A stretch of DNA of 61,232 nucleotides, taken from positions 1 to 61,232 of the forward strand of contig CAUJFJ010000063.1 of NCBI GenBank assembly GCA_963169675.1, read 5' to 3'. A program made the translations under genes and the position numbers. This stretch comes from Bacteroidota bacterium (GTDB lineage Bacteria > Bacteroidota > Bacteroidia > AKYH767-A > OLB10). Below are positions 55,895-61,232 of the stretch, piece by piece (position 1 is the first letter of the stretch; the number at the start of each line of letters is the position of its first letter). Under the pieces are notes generated by a model that worked only from the letters and a program-made list of their open reading frames with translations, did not search any database and was not told where the DNA came from.

Positions 55895-56869
55895 TTAAAT
55901 TGCCAATATTTTAGAGAATCGCAACATGTCGGGGTCGAGTGGAGAATGCTGTTTGGTTGCATTTTTGAATTCGGTCCATGACAATTGATTATTCAGCACA
56001 CCTGCCATTTTACTATGCTCACCACGCATAAGAGCTTCCACCGCAGCAACCCCTAATCGGCTTCCTAAAATGCGGTCGAACGCTGATGGGCTACCACCTC
56101 TTTGCACATGACCAAGTACGGTTACGCGGGTATCAAAATCGGGATGGAGTGATTTAACCTGTTCTGCAATTTTCATGGCTCCTCCGGCATCATCACCTTC
56201 ACAAACTATTACAATACTTGAAGATTTTTCTTTCTTTTTTCCTGCCATCAGAGAATCAACCAATGCTTTTACATCTGTTTTTTCTTCTGGGAGTAAAATA
56301 GCTTCAGCGCCTCCACTAATTCCGGACCAAAGTGCAATATAACCGGCATCGCGCCCCATTACTTCAACAAAAAACAAGCGGTCGTGAGAAGCAGCAGTAT
56401 CTCTGATTTTATCAATAGCCTCCACGGCTGTGTTAACTGCTGTATCGAATCCAAGAGTATAATCGGTTCCAAACAGGTCATTGTCGATAGTTCCCGGAAT
56501 CCCAATAACAGGAATTCCATATTCTTCGAAGAAAATGGTAGCTCCGCGGAAAGTTCCATCACCCCCAATAGCGACTAATGCTTCCACGCCGGCGGCAGCA
56601 AGATTTTCATAGGCCTTTTTGCGACCTTCCGGTTTGGTAAAATCGGCACTTCTGGCTGATTTTAAAATGGTACCACCCCGATGAATAATGTTACTGACAG
56701 AGCGGGCATGCAATGGCAACAAGTCATTTTCAATCATGCCCTGAAATCCACGCATTATGCCAGTAACTTGAATATCATGATAAACGGCAGTTCGCACAAC
56801 AGCCCGAACACATGCATTCATTCCGGGACTGTCGCCACCGGAGGTAAAAACTCCAATATGTTTGTTCAT
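55895..56869 (-). CDS. pfkA: ATP-dependent 6-phosphofructokinase
   Basis: MNKHIGVFTSGGDSPGMNA..., GGDGT, PGTIDND, MGR. The -7 box at 56890-56897 rules out the tracked start at 56911. ATG 56881 is an alternative start. Confidence 0.93.
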   Translation of the reverse strand: MNKHIGVFTSGGDSPGMNACVRAVVRTAVYHDIQVTGIMRGFQGMIENDLLPLHARSVSNIIHRGGTILKSARSADFTKPEGRKKAYENLAAAGVEALVAIGGDGTFRGATIFFEEYGIPVIGIPGTIDNDLFGTDYTLGFDTAVNTAVEAIDKIRDTAASHDRLFFVEVMGRDAGYIALWSGISGGAEAILLPEEKTDVKALVDSLMAGKKKEKSSSIVIVCEGDDAGGAMKIAEQVKSLHPDFDTRVTVLGHVQRGGSPSAFDRILGSRLGVAAVEALMRGEHSKMAGVLNNQLSWTEFKNATKQHSPLDPDMLRFSKILAI

Positions 56870-56889
56870 TTTCAGATTCATTCGCTTCA

Positions 56890-56897
56890 CAAAATTA
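56890..56897 (-). promoter_or_regulatory. -7 promoter box (TAATTTTG on minus strand) for pfkA
   Basis: TAnnTTTG consensus 8 nt upstream of ATG 56881 and 20 nt upstream of ATG 56869. Confidence 0.5.
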
Positions 56898-57039
56898 GCC
56901 ACAAAGTTCATATTCGATCAGGAATGTGAATAACACTTAACATTGAAAATGTATCTAACTGTTAATCAGTAAGTAATAATAATACTTTACCTGTTATAAA
57001 CTTCGGAAGTGAAGGGTACCGATTGGGCAATTAAATAAA

Positions 57040-57047
57040 TAAGTTTG
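57040..57047 (+). promoter_or_regulatory. -7 promoter box TAAGTTTG for the 57100-60321 gene pair
   Basis: TAnnTTTG consensus 52 nt upstream of ATG 57100. Confidence 0.5.
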
Positions 57048-57099
57048 CTTAAAGGCAGAATCAATCTAATTACATACATAACAACTAAAACCATTTCAA

Positions 57100-57498
57100 A
57101 TGAAAAAAGCAGGATTATTCCTGAGAATGGGATTTGTAGCTATTGCTGCAACCATACTCAGTACGGCAGCTTTTGCGCAGGACAATGCAAAAAAGCCAGG
57201 TCGTAAGGATGTACCAACCAGAGTAGCCACTCCGGTTGTTAAGGCTAAAGTTATCAGCCATCAGAAGCCGGCACAGGCTCGCCACCAGGGAGTAGTGCGT
57301 GCAAAACTTGATCCGAAATTGGCTGGACAGAAAAGAGGTGCAGTTGCCACTACCCAGCAAGGAACAGGTGCCCGTAACTGTACTCCAAAGGTAAAGGCAA
57401 ATCCTTATTCAATTAAGAGAGCCGATTTCAACCGTTTGCCAAAAGACAGGCAACAATTTGTGTTGAGTCATTCCGACAAATACACCATTGTAGATTAA
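57100..57498 (+). CDS. Small secreted basic protein, function unknown
   Basis: 132 aa. Signal peptide ...STAAFAQ, K/R/P-rich middle, C-terminal YSIKRADFNRLPKDRQQFVLSHSDKYTIVD. Only 24 nt upstream of the next gene. Confidence 0.5.
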   Translation: MKKAGLFLRMGFVAIAATILSTAAFAQDNAKKPGRKDVPTRVATPVVKAKVISHQKPAQARHQGVVRAKLDPKLAGQKRGAVATTQQGTGARNCTPKVKANPYSIKRADFNRLPKDRQQFVLSHSDKYTIVD

Positions 57499-57522
57499 TT
57501 TCTTACCCTTAAAACGAAAAAA

Positions 57523-60321
57523 ATGAATAAAATATATAAGAAAATAGTTGCTGTGGTTGCCGGAATATTTATGGTCGGTAGCCTGAGTGCACAAGTTGAA
57601 CTGGTTACTGATGGCAGCTTTGAAGCAGGTATCGGTAGCGGTGCATGGACTGAAAGTTCAACAACATTCGGAACACCATTGTGTGACCTTGCCGGATGCG
57701 GAACAGGAACAGGAACCGGTCCACGTACCGGAAATATCTGGTCTTGGTTTGGTGGTTTAGGTGGTGGAGTTGAAACTGCAAGTATCGAACAATCATTTGT
57801 TATTCCTGCAGGTGGAACAGTTACCTTGAGCTTCTACCTGGAACAAATCATTTGTGATGATCCTGCAGATTTCATGGATGTGTTAGTTGATGGAAACATC
57901 GTTTTCTCTACTGATGGATCTTCTACACTTTGTGGAGTTTTGGGATATTCTCAACAGGTTATCGATATCTCTGCATATGCAGATGGAAATAGCCATACTC
58001 TTACATTCAATTCATCTACCTTCTCTCTTAATGGAGGTGTAACAAACTTCTTTGTAGATGATATTTCAGTTATTTCATCAACCGGTGGTGGTGGAACATG
58101 TCCTGATATTATTGTTGATGGTAATTTTGAATTAGGACCAGGAAGTGGATCATGGACAGAAGCTTCTACTAACTTTGGTACTCCTTTATGTGATTTAGCC
58201 GGCTGCGGTGCAGGTGGTGGTACCGGACCTAATGGCGGAACATATTGGTCATGGTTTGGTGGATTTGGAGGTGGTACTGAAATATCATCTTTAACTCAAA
58301 CTGTTACTTTCCCTGCAGGTGATTCCATTACTTTGGAATTTGCACTTGAGCAAGCTGTGTGTGATGGACCAACCGATTTTCTTGAAATCACAGTTGATGG
58401 AATTCAGGTATTCCTTACTGATGGAGCTTCTCCATTGTGTGGTGTAATTGGTTACTCATCACAAGTAATAGATTTATCACTATTTGCTGATGGAAACCCA
58501 CATGTGATTGCTTTCAATTCAACAACCTTCTCTGCAAATGGTGGAGTAACGAATTTCTTTGTGGATGATGTAGTCCTTTCAAGTTGTCCTACCGGAGCGG
58601 GTGGAAATACCTGTACCGATACCATTCCTTTTACAGCATTAAACATTGCTATTCCTGATAATGATCCGATTGGATTGACCAACTCTCAGACTGTTTCATC
58701 TGCTCCCGGAACTACCTTGGGTGGAGATGTTGAGTTAGCGGCTGTTTGCTTCAAAATTGATCATACCTGGGTTGGTGATCTTATTGTAACCTTAACAGCT
58801 CCAAATGGAGAAAGTGTAATTCTTACTGATCGTCCTGGCATTCCTGCAAGTTTAGCTGGTTGTGATGGTGATAACATGGATGTTTGTGTTACAACCGGAA
58901 CCGGAAATGAAATGGAAAATGAATGTAATAATGCTCCTGCTATTTCAGGTTCATGGACTGCTGCAAATGGTGCAGACCTTGAATTGATTAACAACACCGG
59001 AGGTTCTCCAAACGGTAGCTGGTCAATTAACATCTCTGACAATGCTGGTTTAGATACTGGTAGTTTAATTGAGTGGTCATTAGTATTTGATAATGGTCCG
59101 GTTGCAAACTGGGTATCACCAGGCACTGTTTGCGGTTCTGCTGCTCCAATCAATCTTGACCCAACAGTTGTTGGATTGTTAGGTGGAACCTGGTCAGGTT
59201 CAGGCGTGACAGGAAACACTTTTGATCCTGCAGGTTTATCAGGACCAATCGCTGTCACGTATACCGTTTCTGATGTTTCAACAGGATGTTCTGATTCTGA
59301 AACAAACGAAATCATTGTTGATGGTGCTACTCCGGTTGCTGCCTTCACATACATTGCAACTTCTTTGAGTGTTGGATTTACCAATACAACTGCAACTACA
59401 GGAACTTATCTTTGGGATTTTGGTGATGGTAATACCAGCACACTTGAAAATCCAACCAATGTATATTCTGCAGCCGGTACTTACACAGTATCTCTAACTG
59501 TAACCAATGCTTGCGGTACCAACACAGTAACACAATCTATTACCATTCAGGGATGTCCTGATATCGTTGTTGATGGAAGCTTTGAAGCAGGAATCGGATC
59601 AGGTTCATGGACTGAATTCTCAGCTACCTTCGGAACACCATTGTGTGATCTTGCAGGTTGCGGAAACGGAACTGGAACTGGTCCAAATACCGGAAATATC
59701 TGGGCTTGGTTTGGTGGTGTTGCAGCTTTCGAAGAAGGCTCATTATCTCAAACATTCACTATTCCTACCAACAACACAGCTAACCTGTCATTCTTCGTTG
59801 AGCAAATTATTTGTGATAGTCCTGATGACTTCCTGAAAGTAGCTATTGATGCAGATACTGTTTATACCACTGATGGAGCAAGTCCACTTTGCGGTGTTCT
59901 TGGTTATAGCCAACAAGTGGTAAATCTTGATGCTTATGCTGACGGACTTCCACACACATTAACTTTCTTCTCCAGAATTTACGGAAACAACGGTGCTGGT
60001 ACTAACTTCTTTGTTGATGATATCGCAATCAATGTTTGTGCTATCAATGCAATTGTTGAAACCAATCTTAACCTGGGTGTTGATGTAATGCCTGTTCCTG
60101 CTAACGATTACGTAGATGTTAAATTCACCGATGTAACAGCATCTGATGTTGTGATTGAAGTGTCTGACATGATTGGCAGAAATGTATTCACTAAAAACAT
60201 TGCTACAGTAAACGGAAATCAATCTTCAAGAATTGATGTTTCCAACTGGAGCAAAGGTGTGTACATGCTGAAAGTTTCTGCTGATGGAAGCAGCACTATC
60301 AGAAAAATTGTTGTAGAATAA
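57523..60321 (+). CDS. T9SS-secreted mosaic surface protein (3x Cys-patterned jelly-roll-like domain, P-domain, PKD domain, type A CTD)
   Basis: 932 aa with a signal peptide. The proprotein-convertase P-domain signature is KIDHTWVGDLIVTLTAPNGESVILTDRPG...GSWSINISDNAGLDTGSLIEWSLVF. The PKD signature is WDFGDGNTS...YSAAGTYTVSLTVTNACG. The CTD reads VMPVPANDYVDVKF...GVYMLKVSADGSSTIRKIVVE. Confidence 0.8.
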   Translation: MNKIYKKIVAVVAGIFMVGSLSAQVELVTDGSFEAGIGSGAWTESSTTFGTPLCDLAGCGTGTGTGPRTGNIWSWFGGLGGGVETASIEQSFVIPAGGTVTLSFYLEQIICDDPADFMDVLVDGNIVFSTDGSSTLCGVLGYSQQVIDISAYADGNSHTLTFNSSTFSLNGGVTNFFVDDISVISSTGGGGTCPDIIVDGNFELGPGSGSWTEASTNFGTPLCDLAGCGAGGGTGPNGGTYWSWFGGFGGGTEISSLTQTVTFPAGDSITLEFALEQAVCDGPTDFLEITVDGIQVFLTDGASPLCGVIGYSSQVIDLSLFADGNPHVIAFNSTTFSANGGVTNFFVDDVVLSSCPTGAGGNTCTDTIPFTALNIAIPDNDPIGLTNSQTVSSAPGTTLGGDVELAAVCFKIDHTWVGDLIVTLTAPNGESVILTDRPGIPASLAGCDGDNMDVCVTTGTGNEMENECNNAPAISGSWTAANGADLELINNTGGSPNGSWSINISDNAGLDTGSLIEWSLVFDNGPVANWVSPGTVCGSAAPINLDPTVVGLLGGTWSGSGVTGNTFDPAGLSGPIAVTYTVSDVSTGCSDSETNEIIVDGATPVAAFTYIATSLSVGFTNTTATTGTYLWDFGDGNTSTLENPTNVYSAAGTYTVSLTVTNACGTNTVTQSITIQGCPDIVVDGSFEAGIGSGSWTEFSATFGTPLCDLAGCGNGTGTGPNTGNIWAWFGGVAAFEEGSLSQTFTIPTNNTANLSFFVEQIICDSPDDFLKVAIDADTVYTTDGASPLCGVLGYSQQVVNLDAYADGLPHTLTFFSRIYGNNGAGTNFFVDDIAINVCAINAIVETNLNLGVDVMPVPANDYVDVKFTDVTASDVVIEVSDMIGRNVFTKNIATVNGNQSSRIDVSNWSKGVYMLKVSADGSSTIRKIVVE
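57595..58080 (+). repeat. Copy 1 of a triplicated ~160-aa coding domain
   Basis: DGSFEAGIGSGAWTESSTTFGTPLCDLAGCGTGTGTGP...WSWFGG...ICDDPADF...LCGVLGYSQQVIDISAYADG...GVTNFFVDDISV. Confidence 0.8.
58099..58587 (+). repeat. Copy 2 of the triplicated domain
   Basis: Residues C193-C355, with the same Cys pattern (C...PLCDLAGCG...VCD...LCG...C). More diverged than copies 1 and 3. Confidence 0.8.
59554..60039 (+). repeat. Copy 3 of the triplicated domain
   Basis: Residues C678-C839. The stretch 59630-59719 matches 57667-57756 of copy 1 at 80 of 90 nt in my manual alignment. Confidence 0.8.
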
Positions 60322-60340
60322 TTGTTGCCATTATAATTGA

Positions 60341-60370
60341 AAAGAGGGGACTTCGGTCCCCTTTTTTTGT
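60341..60370 (+). terminator. Rho-independent terminator after the 932-aa gene
   Basis: GGGGAC-TTCG-GTCCCC hairpin (extendable by A-T pairs), followed by TTTTTTT. Confidence 0.9.
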
Positions 60371-60379
60371 TTTGATTTG

Positions 60380-60387
60380 TACCTTTG
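60380..60387 (+). promoter_or_regulatory. -7 promoter box TACCTTTG upstream of the MGMT-family gene
   Basis: TAnnTTTG consensus only 3 nt upstream of ATG 60391. The tracked TTG start at 60385 lies inside the box. Confidence 0.4.
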
Positions 60388-60390
60388 AAT

Positions 60391-60738
60391 ATGGCTAAGA
60401 AAGTTGTCAATAAACAAGAATCCTTTTTTCAAATGGTTTATGAAGTGGTGAGATTGATTCCCCGCGGCCGGGTAACCAGTTATGGAGCTATTGCAAAATA
60501 CCTGGGAACGGCAGGATCATCACGAATGGTTGGATGGGCAATGAACGGCTCGCATCGTGAAAAACCACGGGTTCCGGCCCAAAGAGTGGTTAACCGAAAT
60601 GGATTATTGACCGGGAAACATCACTTCGGATCACCCGATTTAATGAGACAACTATTAGAAAATGAGGGTATTAAGGTCGAAAACGATAAAGTAGTTGACT
60701 TTAAAAAACATTTCTGGGATCCTTCAGAAGAACTCTGA
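60391..60738 (+). CDS. MGMT-family DNA-binding protein lacking the acceptor cysteine (alkyltransferase-like, ATL)
   Basis: About 115 aa. VYEVVRLIPRGRVTSYGAIAKYLG and RMVGWAM helix-turn-helix region. The active-site position reads P-A-Q-R-V instead of P-C-H-R-V. Start uncertain (ATG 60391 or 60433). Confidence 0.8.
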   Translation: MAKKVVNKQESFFQMVYEVVRLIPRGRVTSYGAIAKYLGTAGSSRMVGWAMNGSHREKPRVPAQRVVNRNGLLTGKHHFGSPDLMRQLLENEGIKVENDKVVDFKKHFWDPSEEL

Positions 60739-60750
60739 TCAACAACTTCC

Positions 60751-60758
60751 TATCTTTG
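60751..60758 (+). promoter_or_regulatory. -7 promoter box TATCTTTG for mrp/apbC
   Basis: Perfect TAnnTTTG 58 nt upstream of ATG 60817. Confidence 0.5.
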
Positions 60759-60816
60759 CACTTTCTTAACTGAAAGCAATTCCGTTTGTTATTATTTAGA
60801 ACAAAAGCAATATATA

Positions 60817-61232
60817 ATGAATATCACCAAAGAGCAGGTACTCGAAGCACTCAGCAATGTAGAGGAGCCGGATTTGAAAAAAGATCTGGTAACACTAAAT
60901 ATGATTCGTGATGTGGAAGTATCCGGCAAAAAAGTATCGTTCACAGTTGTTTTAACAACACCAGCATGTCCCTTAAAGGCTCTAATTGAGCGTGCCTGCA
61001 TTAACGCAATCATACATTTTGTAGATCCGGAAGCTGAAGTAACAGTTAATATGACTGCAGATGTTACCAGTCGCAGGGCTATTGAAAACCAACTTTTACC
61101 TGGAGTGAAAAATATTATAGCAGTTGCTTCCGGAAAAGGTGGTGTCGGAAAATCAACAGTAGCTGTTAATCTGGCTGTTGCATTAGCTCAAACAGGAGCT
61201 AAAGTTGGATTGATTGATGCAGATATTTACGG
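60817..61232 (+). CDS. Mrp/NBP35 (ApbC) family Fe-S cluster carrier ATPase, 5' partial (runs off the right edge)
   Basis: My own translation: [35 protein letters not shown] (DUF59/MIP18-like N-domain), then [39 protein letters not shown] (deviant Walker A). It is absent from the ORF track because no stop falls in the window. Confidence 0.9.
   Translation, partial: MNITKEQVLEALSNVEEPDLKKDLVTLNMIRDVEVSGKKVSFTVVLTTPACPLKALIERACINAIIHFVDPEAEVTVNMTADVTSRRAIENQLLPGVKNIIAVASGKGGVGKSTVAVNLAVALAQTGAKVGLIDADIY

Noticed and set aside
58761-59384. 207-aa ORF antisense to the 932-aa cargo gene
   Set aside because: It lies wholly inside a well-supported sense gene. Its Pro/Ser/Val/Gly-rich translation is the mirror image of GGT/ACC/GTT-rich codons, and it has no promoter box or recognisable motif.
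60792-61013. 73-aa minus-strand ORF
   Set aside because: It is antisense to the clearly recognisable Mrp/ApbC gene, which is missing from the track only because it has no stop in the window.
1-61232. Search for mobile elements, CRISPR arrays, integrases, toxin-antitoxin pairs, reverse transcriptases or obvious defence genes
   Set aside because: No transposase-, integrase- or RT-like ORFs. No short direct-repeat and spacer arrays. No terminal inverted repeats. Both tRNAs are flanked by ordinary genes with no sign of island insertion.

Overview
This window is a chromosomal segment from a member of the phylum Bacteroidota. I count 49 protein-coding genes (two cut by the window edges) and two tRNAs, Leu-UAG and Val-GAC. 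I saw no rRNA, CRISPR array, IS element, integrase or prophage signature. The phylum call rests on four things: three proteins with T9SS-type C-terminal sorting domains, Bacteroidota-typical gene pairs (DUF4290 next to murA; DUF3822-rsmD-coaD), little sign of Shine-Dalgarno motifs, and a recurring TAnnTTTG -7 promoter box upstream of many starts. The backbone is housekeeping: murA, uvrD, thyA-folA, tig-clpP-clpX, ruvC, greA-HIT, smc, dnaX, icd, pfkA, rsmD-coaD and mrp. Cell-envelope modules are embedded in it. The best candidates for undescribed biology are, in order: (1) a terminator-bounded three-gene operon at 16395-25373 encoding an Oar-like giant TonB-dependent barrel, a 1369-aa secreted protein with a T9SS-like CTD, and a PorV/PorQ-like barrel. 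(2) A translationally coupled lipoprotein pair at 30198-32191, a thioredoxin-fold CPMC protein plus a heme-c (CTPCH) domain fused to a PHM/DBH-like copper monooxygenase signature. (3) An A8 slippery run in the dnaX linker with a -1-frame stop three codons later, a candidate gamma/tau recoding site. (4) A small secreted protein with four TonB-box-like repeats, behind a promoter flanked by three AGTACTAT boxes. (5) A mosaic T9SS cargo with a triplicated Cys-patterned domain and an orphan P-domain. All functional calls come from motifs I recognise by eye in the supplied translations. No database search was run.
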